Origin: an uncultured delta proteobacterium
Lineage (GTDB): Bacteria > Desulfobacterota > WTBG01 > CAIYCZ01 > CAIRTM01
NCBI GenBank assembly: GCA_963804955.1
Contig: CAWDSQ010000011.1
Span: 32,001 to 96,000, forward strand
Direction of reading: 5' to 3'
DNA length: 64,000 bases
Of this stretch, positions 43,001-56,298 are shown one piece after another. Numbering within the stretch: the stretch's first letter is position 1; every line of letters starts with the position of its first letter. The position numbers and the translations under genes are program-made. The notes beneath the pieces were generated by a model that saw only the letters and a program-made list of their open reading frames with translations, had not been told where the DNA came from and did no database searches.

Positions 43001-43625
43001 CCAGCTCGTCGTGAATGCTCTGAATAAAGCAGGCATGGGGCTGGGGCCGCTCATAGGCGCTGGTGGATGCCAGCGTCTCGTTGGTTTTGGGGTCGACATA
43101 ATAGTGGCCCTGAGCCGCGCCGTCGATGCCATAGGCCCAGTGCAGGCCCGTATTGAACCACTGCGGCGAGTTGGGCGCCGTGATCTGATGGGCGAGCATA
43201 TAGGCCATTTCATCGCGGTAGGCATTGGCGTCATGGGCTGAATCGAAATACCCGTGTTTGAAACCCCAGTAGGTCCAGCAGCCGGCCATGCGGTCAAATA
43301 CGTCGCGGCTGTCCTCCTCGCCCCGAATGCGCTCTTCGGGCTTGAGCTGTTCGAGCGCCTCCTCATCCGCCGTGCCGCGCTGCAGCCATGAGGGCACATC
43401 GGGCTCGGCCACATGCGTGAGAGCCGCAGGTATGCCCGTTTTGCGGAAATACTTCTGGGATATGATGTCGGTTGCCATCTGGCTCCAGAAGGAAGGCACT
43501 ACCGCCTTTTTGACCTTGGACACCACCGAGCCGTCCATTGTTTTGATTTCGCTTTTGCGGGCTTCAAACGTGATGCCCTCATAGGGCGTGGCGAGGTTAC
43601 GGGTAAAAAAGCGCTCTATTTTCAT
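40087..43625 (-). CDS. nrdJ: Vitamin B12-dependent class II ribonucleotide reductase (frameshifts near 42500 and 41440)
   Basis: [63 protein letters not shown]-terminal CxxC..CxxC..GCS. Confidence 0.95.
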
Positions 43626-43676
43626 TTACAGCCCCCGGTTGTGACGTGAATGGTTGTTTTAGGAAGATAAGCGGGA

Positions 43677-43732
43677 AGCATAATGTAACCAAATGTTGTT
43701 GTCAATAATTTTCATGGCACAACATATGGATA
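43677..43732 (-). promoter_or_regulatory. nrdJ promoter with two NrdR boxes
   Basis: Minus-strand TTGACA (43705-43700)-17bp-TATGCT; boxes taaccaaatgttgttg (43686-701) and gcacaacatatggata (43717-732), 31 bp apart. Confidence 0.75.
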
Positions 43733-44171
43733 TTTTTTGTTTTCCTCATGCAATCCCTTATTTTAAGTATATCACAAAAAACCGCCCCGAAAGGAGCTGT
43801 TTTTTGTGTAAAATCAGGATACATGATTCACGGCCTTTGTTGCACAAGGCGCAACAGGGATCTTTACCCCTTTACAACATCCTCGTTCAGGAGCGGTTTC
43901 AGCCGGGAATATCGGGGGTTACTGATGATACGATATGCACCTCTGAGGATGAAAGGTACAGTCCGCAGGATGGAAAACAGTAACCACTGTTTTTTCTTAT
44001 ATTGAAAATGTGTCTGTTGAGAGCCGTACTGTGGATTTTTGGGAAGGCAAGCATGGGCATAAGAATAGTGTGATGAACGGCAAAGTTCGGCATCGACAAT
44101 TGAACTCAAGCGGAGTTGCCCGCCGATGCGGCGTTTGGCTGCACTCCGGTTGATCCCGGCTCAAATTTATT

Positions 44172-45185
44172 CTACTCATGAATAATCCGCTCAATGGGTT
44201 TTTTGATTTTTTTCTGCAGCAGCTTGACGGGGTGCAGTTTTTTCAGCTTTGCTGCATCGGAAGGCCCGTCGGGCTGAGTGCGCCAGCGAAAATTGGTCCA
44301 CATCCACTGCGCAAGGTCGGCCCTGATGCGCTGCTCGATGGCAGCCGTATACTGAGCGGTGATGGCAACTACATCAGCCTCGGTTGCGCCGGTTTTTTCA
44401 TACGGGATTTCCTCCTGAATGAGAATGCGCTGAGAGTTGTCGGGATTGCGGGTTATAAACACCGGTACAATGGCCGCGCCGGTGCGCAGCGCAAGGGCAG
44501 CGGGGCCGGGAGGCGTTGAAGCTGTGCGGCCGAAAAAATCGACAAACACGCCGCCCCTGCGCTTGTTTTCATCTGAGATGAGGCATAGAATGCCGTTGCG
44601 GCCGAGCGTTTTCAAGGCGCTTTTGAAAAACCGGCGCTCGGGGGTGGTATATAAAGTCTGCAGCCCGATCATGGCCCGGGCATGCTCATAAATACGGGAG
44701 GTGACCGGGCTTTTGGGATCGCGTATGACGACGGTGAAATCATAGCCCCGCTCGGTAAACTGGGTCCCCAGGAGCGGGTAATTGCCGATATGGCCGCTTA
44801 TGGCGATAACGCCTTTGCCCTTTGCAAGGGCCTGCTCAAGGTGCTCCATGCCCTGGATGGTGATACGCTTTCTGAGCTCGGGCTTATTGCCGCCGCCGTA
44901 GAAGAAAAGCTCAAGCCAGTTTTTTGCAAAAAAACGCAGAACCTGCCGGGCGATGCTGTTGCGCTGTGCCTCGGGCATGCTGCCGGCGAACGCGAGTTTT
45001 AAATTATGATGAATGCGGCGCTGCGGCCTGGCCAACAGCCCGTAGAGCAGATCACCGGCCGCATTCCCCAGGGCCATGGTGCGGTCATAGCCAAGACGGT
45101 TTGCAATAAAGGACGCCAGCTCAACGCCGGCAATGCCGAGACCTGCAATAAGACTTGTGCCTGCTGAATCCCGTGGTGTTTTCAT
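44172..45185 (-). CDS. Lipid A late acyltransferase (LpxL/HtrB family)
   Basis: GKGVIAISGHIGN, D..GVFVDFFG, PAALALRTGAAIVP, QWMW..FRWR. Confidence 0.88.
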   Translation of the reverse strand: MKTPRDSAGTSLIAGLGIAGVELASFIANRLGYDRTMALGNAAGDLLYGLLARPQRRIHHNLKLAFAGSMPEAQRNSIARQVLRFFAKNWLELFFYGGGNKPELRKRITIQGMEHLEQALAKGKGVIAISGHIGNYPLLGTQFTERGYDFTVVIRDPKSPVTSRIYEHARAMIGLQTLYTTPERRFFKSALKTLGRNGILCLISDENKRRGGVFVDFFGRTASTPPGPAALALRTGAAIVPVFITRNPDNSQRILIQEEIPYEKTGATEADVVAITAQYTAAIEQRIRADLAQWMWTNFRWRTQPDGPSDAAKLKKLHPVKLLQKKIKKPIERIIHE

Positions 45186-45499
45186 GGCCCACTATCATTT
45201 CCATAAATACGCCTGTTGTCAAGGGCATTGTCTGATTTCTTGAAAAACACCGCCTTTGGCGATGGCGGCAGAAGTCAACCTGGCGCTTCGTGCCCTTGTC
45301 TTCCCCTTTCAGGGGAATCCAAATCACCCGCTATGAGGGTGGCTGTTGGCTTACCGCCAGTGTTGCATATGTTCAATCTTGTATTACCATTCCGTTTGAC
45401 CGGAATGAGCCGCATAAACCCCGCCGTGCAGGAGGGGAGCGCCACAACCTTCGGCAATGCCTTCACATTGACAAAACCGGGGCGCTGTGCTACCTCTAA

Positions 45500-48183
<2,684 letters not shown>

Positions 48184-48190
<7 letters not shown>

Positions 48191-48323
48191 ATTGGTTTGA
48201 TTAGTTGGATTGGTTTCATTAGTTTATTGCTTCAGATTGAGTGCGGAGGGATGCCAGGGTAAATGATTTGGTTCGACTTTATTGTTGTTTCTTAACCAAT
48301 ATAACCAATGCAACCAACTAAAC
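48184..48323. repeat. Inverted arrays of degenerate 9-mer tandem repeats
   Basis: (attggttt/attagttg)n at 48184-48229 versus (aaccaat)n at 48294-48323. Confidence 0.6.
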
Positions 48324-48331
48324 TGTTTTAC

Positions 48332-49123
48332 CTACTCAAACCATTCGTACAGCCTTGATTGCTTTGCCAGGGCTGTGGAGGGGTTATCTATCATCATTTG
48401 TGCTTCAGCGGCATAGGCGCTGTCGGGATATTTTTTCACCATGAATTCAAGAATTTTTCTGCCGCGTCTTTCATCGCCCGATCTGATGGTGGCCTGACCG
48501 ATGAGCATGAGCAGCCTGTCTTTTTCCACCTGGTCGGGATAGCGCTTGAGTGCCCGGTTGTAGCGTTCAATGGCGCCTGCATAGTCCCTTTTTTTCATGT
48601 AAAAATCGCCCACAAAGATATCCCTGCCGGCAAGCTGGCGCTTGGCTTCGGCAATCCGCACCAGAGCATGGCCTGTGTACGGGCTTTGCGGGAAAATTTC
48701 AAGCATCTGCTGAAAATGCTCCACGGCCTCTTCGGAAAAAGTCTGGTCGCGGTCTTTGGAGAGCATCTGCTGGTAGGCGCACATGCCGCGCATATAGATG
48801 CTGTAGGCGACCTGCGGGTTGCTGGGGTGCAGGCGCCGGAAGTTGTCGAAAAAGTGGGCAGCTTCGATAAATTCGTCTTTATTATAGTGGCAGTCCCCGA
48901 GGCGCAGTTCGGCAAGCACGGCATAGGGGCTCATGGGGAACTTTTCACGCACCTCTTCAAAAAGAGGTATGGCATCGATGTAGTTGCCCTTGCGGTACTG
49001 TTCCATGCCCTTGGCGAAAGATTCCTCATCAGAGCCCGTCAGCTGGGGCTTGGCAGGCGTTGAGGCGCATCCCAGCACGGTCAGCAGACACAGCATGGCA
49101 GGCAGCAGATAATATTTTTTCAT
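48332..49123 (-). CDS. bamD: Outer membrane protein assembly lipoprotein BamD
   Basis: Lipobox VLGC; TPRs, FPMSPYA, RLHPSNP, DRDQT, FYMK..Y.GAI.RY. Confidence 0.88.
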   Translation of the reverse strand: MKKYYLLPAMLCLLTVLGCASTPAKPQLTGSDEESFAKGMEQYRKGNYIDAIPLFEEVREKFPMSPYAVLAELRLGDCHYNKDEFIEAAHFFDNFRRLHPSNPQVAYSIYMRGMCAYQQMLSKDRDQTFSEEAVEHFQQMLEIFPQSPYTGHALVRIAEAKRQLAGRDIFVGDFYMKKRDYAGAIERYNRALKRYPDQVEKDRLLMLIGQATIRSGDERRGRKILEFMVKKYPDSAYAAEAQMMIDNPSTALAKQSRLYEWFE

Positions 49124-49230
49124 GGCATGTTCACTGGTTACAGAGTTTACTTGTCTAAATGAACTACGGAGTGTATACTGCCATGAAACTTCCGGCATTG
49201 TCAAGGTTTCTTCAAAAGGACATTTCAGGT

Positions 49231-50652
49231 ATGGAACCAATGGTCACCGTCATCCTTGCAGCAGGCAGGGGAACGCGGATGAAATCCGAACTGGTGAAGG
49301 TGCTGCACCCGGTGGCGGGCAGGCCCATGCTTGCCTATCCGGTGGCGGCTGCCCGGGCTGTGGGCAGCCTGCGCATCATCGTGGTTGCGGGGTATCAGAA
49401 AGATAAAGTCGAGGCTGCGCTGCAGGGCCGGCAGGTTGACATCGCCCTGCAGGCAGAGCAGCTTGGCTCCGGCCACGCCGTGCTGATGGCTGCGCCCGCA
49501 TCTGGCGGCTTTGAGGGCGATGTGCTGATACTGTGCGGCGATGTGCCCCTCATCACGACGGCGACGCTTGAGGCTTTTCTTGCGGCGCACCGTGAAAACA
49601 AGGCCTGCGTGAGCGTGCTTACCGTTGAGCTTGACGACCCTGCGGGCTATGGCCGCATTCTGCGCACGAGACAACCAGTTGTGCGGCATTGTCGAGCACC
49701 GCGACGCAACCGAGGCCCAGCGCGCTGTGCGCGAAATAAACACGGGCATTTACTGCTGCCGGGCGCCGTTTCTGTTTGAAGCGCTCGGGAAAGTAAAAAC
49801 AAACAATGATCAGGGCGAATACTATCTGCCCGATATCGTGTCCATCGCTGCCGCTGCGGGCATGAAGGTGCAGGCCGTGAAGACCGGCGATTTTGCAGAG
49901 GTTGCGGGCATCAATGACCGGGCGGGCTTGCAAAGGCCGAGCGGGCCATGCAGGCCCGCATTGCGGGGCAGCATATGGCAAACGGGGTGACCATTCTCGA
50001 TCCGCAGGCTACCTATATTGAGGCTGACGTGCGTATCGGCGCCGATACCGTTGTGTATCCCGGCACGTCGCTGCGCGGCGCTACCGAGATCGGCTGCCGG
50101 TGCATCATCGACATGCACAGCGTGATTAATAATTCAAAAATCGGCAGCAGCGTTCACATAAAGCCCTCGTGCATGATCGATGAAAGCACCATAGCCGACA
50201 ATGCAGTTGTCGGGCCTTTTGCGCATTTGCGGCCGCAGGCCGTGCTGGATGAAGGTGCCCGGGTCGGGAACTTCGTGGAGATAAAAAAATCGCGCATCGG
50301 CACCGGCTCCAAGGTGAACCATCTCACCTATATCGGCGATGCCACCATCGGCTCGGACGTCAATGTGGGGGCCGGCACCATTACCTGCAATTATGACGGC
50401 AAGCGCAAGCATCCAACGGTGATTGAGGACAATGTCTTCATCGGCAGCAATACGGCCCTCGTGGCGCCGGTAACGATTTGCAAAAATGCCCTTATCGGCG
50501 CGGGCTCAACGATCACAAAAAACGTGCCTGAAAACGCGCTGGCGGTGGCCCGCGGCAGCCAGAGGAATTATGAGAATTTTATGGCTGCCGAAGATCAGGC
50601 AAAGACAACGTTTGAAAAGAAGCCGGAAGTCAGAAGTCAGAATTCAGAATAG
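49231..50652 (+). CDS. glmU: Bifunctional GlmU (frameshifts near 49670 and 49930)
   Basis: [65 protein letters not shown]. Confidence 0.97.
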
Positions 50653-50787
50653 AAGAGACCGTTGGCTTCAAAGAAAGTATTGGTTTCTTCCAGATCAATC
50701 AAGATGATTGAAAACGCTGTTTGCAATGTTGATTTCGAGGATCGGAGGTCTTAATTGCTGACTTCTGGCTACTGGATTCTGACTTCT
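50621..50787. repeat. Inverted heptamer tandem arrays (agtcaga-type)
   Basis: agccgga-agtcaga-agtcaga-attcaga versus ctgacttctggctactggattctgacttct. Confidence 0.75.
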
Positions 50788-50820
50788 AATAAATTTTATT
50801 TATCAAATGGTGGAGAGAGC

Positions 50821-52653
50821 ATGTGCGGCATTGTTGGATATATCGGTCCGAAAAATACCAGTGAAGTCCTGATCGAGGGGCTCAAGCGTCTTGAGTACCG
50901 CGGCTATGACTCAGCGGGCGTTGCTATTTTTCATGACGGAGCAATAAAAATCTGCCGCTGCGAGGGGAAAATATCGCGCCTTGACAAGCTGCTTGAGGGG
51001 GAATGCTTCGACGGCTCCATCGGCATCGGCCATACGCGCTGGGCCACCCACGGCAGGCCCTCCGAGGCCAATGCCCACCCGCACTATTATCAGGGCGTGG
51101 CCGTGGTGCACAACGGCATCATTGAAAACTACACGGAGCTCAAAAGCAGCCCTCAAGGCCGAGGGTGATGTCTTCAGCTCGGAAACCGACAGCGAGGTGC
51201 TCTCGCATTTGTTTGCGAAGTTCATACGGCGAGGGCGCATCCTTTGAGGCAGCGGTGCGCAAGGGCCTTGCCATGGTGCGGGGCTCCTATGCCATTGCCG
51301 TGCTGTGCGAAAAAGAGCCCGACCGGATAGTTGCCGCGCGCAAGGAAAGCCCGCTTATTCTTGGCCTTGGCAGCGGCGAAAATTTCGTGGCCTCAGACAT
51401 TCCCGCAATACTCAGCCATACGCGCGAGGTTGTTTTTTTGAGCGACGGCGAGATTGCCGTGCTTGACGCGCAGTCCGTGCGCATTTCCACCCTTGACGGA
51501 GCGCCGGTCGAGCGTGCTGCGCGCCATATCTCCTGGGACCCGATCATGGCTGAAAAAGCCGGGTACAAGCACTTCATGCTCAAAGAGATATTCGAGCAGC
51601 CGCGGGCCATTATCGATACGCTCCGGGGCCGCCTGATCGAGGACTCCGACGATGTCTTTCTCGACGGCGTGAACCTGACGCCGGAGGGGCGTGCGGGCTT
51701 TTGACCGCATCTGCTTCGTGGCCTGCGGCACATCCTATTACGCCTGCCTGGTCGGGAAGTTCATGATCGAGCAGCTGGTGGGGCTGCCCGTTGAAGTAGA
51801 CCTCGGGTCCGAGTTCCGCTACCGCAATCCCATGGTCAACGACAAGACCCTTGTGGTGCTCGTTTCCCAGTCGGGCGAAACAGCAGACACCCTGGCAGCC
51901 ATGCGCGAAGCAAAGGCAAAGGGGTCGCAAACCCTGTGCATCTGCAATGTTGTGGAAAGCACGCTGGCGCGGGACTGCGACCATGTGCTCTATACCCATG
52001 CCGGCCCCGAGATCGGCGTTGCTTCCACCAAGGCTTTTACCAGCCAGATGACGGCGATTTTCCTGCTGGCGCTGTATCTGGGAAGGGCGCGGGGCTCTGT
52101 TGACGGGCCGCGCAGCCGCGAGCTCATGCAGCACATGATCGAAGTGCCCCATCTTGTTGAGCAGGCCCTGGAGCATGAGCCGGCCATCAAGGCCATTGCG
52201 GAAAAATATGCCGTGGCGAAAAATTTTCTTTTTCTGGGCCGCGGCATCATCTACCCCATAGCCCTTGAAGGCGCGCTGAAGCTCAAAGAAATTTCCTATA
52301 TCCATGCCGAGGGCTATCCCGCAGGCGAGATGAAGCATGGCCCCATCGCCCTTATCGATGAGCATATGCCCGTGGTGGTGCTGGCGCAGCAGGACGCGAT
52401 TTACGAGAAAATACTGAGCAATATCGAAGAGGTGAAAGCGCGCAAGGGCCGCGTGATCGCCATTGCCATGACCGGAGACACCGTGCTTGCCTCCAAGGCC
52501 GACGACATACTGTATCTGCCTGAAACCGATCCGCTGTTTGCCCCCTTTGTTATGGTCATACCGCTGCAGCTGTTTGCCTACCATGTGGCTGACTTCAAGG
52601 GCACCGATGTCGACCAGCCCCGCAATCTTGCCAAAAGCGTGACCGTTGAATGA
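50821..52653 (+). CDS. glmS: Glutamine-fructose-6-phosphate aminotransferase (frameshifts)
   Basis: [64 protein letters not shown]. Confidence 0.97.
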
Positions 52654-53171
52654 AATAATCGCAGCTCTTTTTTATCATCTGCGCCATGCTCGGCTGCAGC
52701 GGGGATCCTTCCGGCGACTGTCGGGTCATGCGCCGAGCTGTTCGGCGATGTGCCGTTTACCGATCTGGAGGGGCGCGAAGCCCGGCTGCCCTGCCAGGGG
52801 CACAGGTGCTGGTGGTGAATTTCTGGGCCACCTGGTGCGGCCCGTGCAAGCTCGAGGTGCCGCATCTTGTCGAGATCGCACACTGAGTACCAGCGGCAGG
52901 GCGTACGGGTCATCGGCATATCCCTTGATGCCGCAAACCCCAGAGCACTATCAAGTCAGCGGTGGCCGCCTTCGGGATTACCTATCCGGTGCTGGTGGGC
53001 GGGGCGGAAAAAATTTTCAGCAGGACCGGCATCGACGGTATTCCCGCAACCCTCATCATAGGCGCCGACGGAAAGGTCAGCCAAAAGCTTGTCGGCTATC
53101 ATACCAAAGAAGAAATGCTGGCTCCCATCACGGAGCTTTTAAAGAAAACCAGGGAGAACGCACAGCTATGA
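52650..53171 (+). CDS. TlpA/ResA-family thioredoxin-like lipoprotein (frameshifts)
   Basis: Lipobox [29 protein letters not shown]. Confidence 0.85.
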
Positions 53172-54960
53172 ATCTGTACCTGCGGCTGCTTCGTTATGCG
53201 CGGCCATATCTCATATACATGATCGGCTCGGTCATCTGCATGGGCATACTTGCCGCCACCACGTCGGCCATCGCCTATCTCATCAAGCCCGCCATCGACG
53301 ACGTGTTTCTCAAAAAAGACCTCGCCATGCTGTATCTGATACCGGCGCTGGTGGTGCTCGCCTACTTCATCAAGGGAGCGGCCGATTACGGCCAGGCCTA
53401 TCTCATGGGCAATGTGGGCACGCGGACGGTGACGGATATTCGGGATATTCTCTACCGCCATATCCAGAGCCTGTCTCTGTCCTTCTACAGCAAGACCTCC
53501 ACCGGCATGCTTATGTCGCGCATCGCCAATGATGTCGGTATTCTGCAGCGCTCCGTTTCCGACTCCATAAAAAAAATACTTGAAAGCATCTTCACGGTCA
53601 TCGGCTTAACCGGTGTGGCGTTTTACCAGAACTGGAAGCTTGCCGCGCTCTGCTTTCTGGTGCTTCCCTGGATGGCGATCCCCATTGTGCGCTTCGGCAC
53701 CAAGAACCGCCGGTTCAGCCGCAAGACCCAGGAGCGCATGGGCACCATGACCATGTTTCTTGATGAAACCATCTCGGGCAATCAGACCGTCAAGTCCTTC
53801 TGCATGGAAGAGTACGAAACCAACCGGTTTTTTAAAGAGACCCGGCGCCTGCTTGATGTCAGCATTGCAACCCTTCGGGTCAGCGCCTATGCCTCGCCCA
53901 TTATGGAGTTTTGCGGCGCCGGCATCATGGGCGCGCTGCTCATCTACACGGGCGGCTACCTCGTCATCAAGGACCACATGACGCCGGGCGAGTTTTTTTC
54001 CTTTGTTGCCGCCATGGCCATGCTGTTCCGGCCCATCAAGGCCATGAGCCGCGAGAACATGAAGGTGCAGAAAGGCATGGCCGCTGCCACGCGCGTGTTT
54101 GAGGTGCTTGACATCAAGCCCGATATTACCGACAAGGAGGGCGCCATGTGCCCTGCCGCCCTTCAGCCGCAGTATCGAGTTTCGCGATGTTGTTTTTCAG
54201 TATGAAGAAAAGCCCGTGCTCAAGAGCCTTACCTTCACCGCTGCCGCGGGCGAGGTCGTGGCCTTTGTGGGCCACAGCGGCGCGGGCAAGACCACTATTG
54301 CCAACCTGCTGCTGCGGTTCTATGATGTCAACTCCGGGGCGATCCTGATCGACGGCATTGATATTCGCGACGTGACCATACGGTCGCTGCGGGAGCAGAT
54401 AGCCTTTGTGGCGCAGGAAACGGTTCTTTTCAATGACACCGTGAGCAACAATATTTCCTACGGCAGCCCCGCGGTGACGCAGGAGCAGATTGTCGAAGCT
54501 GCCAAAGCAGCCCTTGCCCATGACTTCATCGAAGCCATGCCCGAAGGCTACAATACGGTCATCGGCGAAAAGGGCGTGCGCCTGTCGGGCGGCCAGCGCC
54601 AGCGCATGGCCATAGCCCGGGCCCTGGTGAAAAATGCGCCCATACTGATTCTTGACGAGGCAACCTCTGCCCTTGACACGCATTCGGAGCAGCAGGTGCA
54701 GGCAGCACTTGAAAATCTCATGAAGGGCCGCACCACCATCATGATCGCCCACCGCCTTTCAACCATCCGCAATGCCGACCAGATCATCGTGCTGCAGGAA
54801 GGCGATATCATCGAGCGCGGCTCGCACCAGCGACCTGCTCGACCAGAAGGGTGTCTATACCCGCCTCATTGAAATACAGAGCGGCTACGAGAAGAAGACG
54901 CATGATGTGGAGGAAATGTTTCTGGAGCCCGTTCCCGTACCCGCGAACGAGGAGGAGTAG
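53168..54960 (+). CDS. msbA: Lipid A export ABC transporter MsbA-like (frameshifts)
   Basis: TMD with LMSRIAND; GHSGAGKTT, LSGGQRQR, LDEATSALD, IAHRLSTI. Confidence 0.88.
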
Positions 54961-55035
54961 GCTCTTTCGTGCACCGGCAGCGTTGGGAGACACACAAGAG
55001 AAATGGTTATTCAGCAATAGCTGCTTTTTAGAAAA

Positions 55036-55150
55036 GAATTCAGAAGCCGGAATTCAGTAGTCAGTAGAAAAAGAAGAAAACCCTTACTGACAAAGTGTCT
55101 TTTATTCTGAGACTTCTGGATTCTGACTCCTGATACTTCTGCGACTCCTG
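55036..55150. repeat. Inverted heptamer tandem arrays
   Basis: attcaga-agccgga-attcagt-agtcagt versus tctggat-tctgact-cctga. Confidence 0.7.
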
Positions 55151-55178
55151 AACCCCGACCCCTACTCCCCTTCATATA

Positions 55179-56132
55179 TTATGGCTGCAGCCCGATTCTG
55201 GTGAGCACGCCTGAATGGTCCGACACCCAGGGCGCTTCGTTAAACACCACCCGGCTTTCAAGGCTGGCGAAGCTCCCGCCGCGGACAAAAATATAATCGA
55301 TGCGTACGCGGCGTGCCGGAGACAAGCGTATTGCCCGGCACGGCATAGGTGCAGCCGTCAAGGCCTTCGGCCTCAGAGCAGCAGTCGGTGCAGCTATTGG
55401 CCGCCGCATAGGTGTCGGTAAATCCATTGTCATCGGTTATCAAAGCATAAGCGGGACATCAGAAGCAACGGTGATATCGGTATTGAAGTCACCTCCCAGC
55501 ACGACAAGGCGGCTTTCATTGTCTTCGCGCCGGTCTAGAAACCGGAACAGGCTTTTCGTCTGGCGCAGGCGGTCCTCTCCGGGGCAGTAGGCGCACAGGT
55601 GGGTATTGTACACCGAGGCCGAACCATAGTCAGGCACGTCAATGACGATCTGCTGCACTTCATGCAGTACCGGCAGGCCGATCTCGGCCACGGGCCGCTC
55701 GGGGGCATAGGGCAGCAGCCGTGAGGCAAAACCGGTAATGGCGCATCTGCTGAGCATGGCATTGCCCACCATGAACACAGCCGGCAGACCCGCCACCGGG
55801 CGGAAGCGCAGGTTGTAGTCAAGCCCCTGCCGCCTCAGCATGGCGTTCAGGTTGATGCTCAGGCTCACCGTGCCGGCAGCAGCGCCGCTCACCACCTCCT
55901 GCAGAAGTATGATATCCACAGGCTCGCCAGCCTGCTCCTGCGCTGCAATGAAGTCGGCAACGGCCTGCAGCCTTTCCATGCGGCTGAAAAAATCCGTATA
56001 TAATATATTAATAGTAAGCACATTGAGATGTCCGCGCTGCATGACATCATCGCAACTTGCCTGCCCGGCCTGTGCCGGTAAAGCGCCTGCAAGCACTGCA
56101 AGCAGTGCGCATAGTGCAAGAAGGTGTTTCAT
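55179..56132 (-). CDS. Secreted endonuclease/exonuclease/phosphatase family protein (frameshift near 55445)
   Basis: Signal peptide AQA; TINI, LQEV, NTHL, GGDFN, RIDYIF, SDH. Confidence 0.88.
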
Positions 56133-56298
56133 GGCGTGCTCCATGCAGTGTTGTTTTCAATTGTAATACTGTTGTGCTAACCGCAGTCAAGACTTACAAT
56201 CAGCCTTTTGACTGGACAGCAGCAATTAGACATGCTGACCCACAGCCGCTCTATCTGGTATAGTCTGAACGAAATAATTTTTTTTCCGGCACAGATCA

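Noticed and set aside
40087..43625. Intein or intron in nrdJ
   Set aside because: Motif spacing is continuous with no C/S...HN splice motifs; the breaks are single-base indels
43860..44179. Small minus-strand gene between lpxL and nrdJ
   Set aside because: An ATG overlaps the end of lpxL, but no frame gives a recognisable protein
45250..45445. Cobalamin riboswitch or glmS ribozyme assignment
   Set aside because: Only short partial matches (gggaag, aagcgccagg) and the gene context does not fit; kept as an unassigned structure
50652..50820. glmS ribozyme upstream of glmS
   Set aside because: No AGCGCC...GACGAGG core; the spacer is made of heptamer arrays
52646..54205. 519-aa ORF as a single protein
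   Set aside because: The N-terminal part is an off-frame reading of the frameshifted TlpA gene; MsbA starts at 53168
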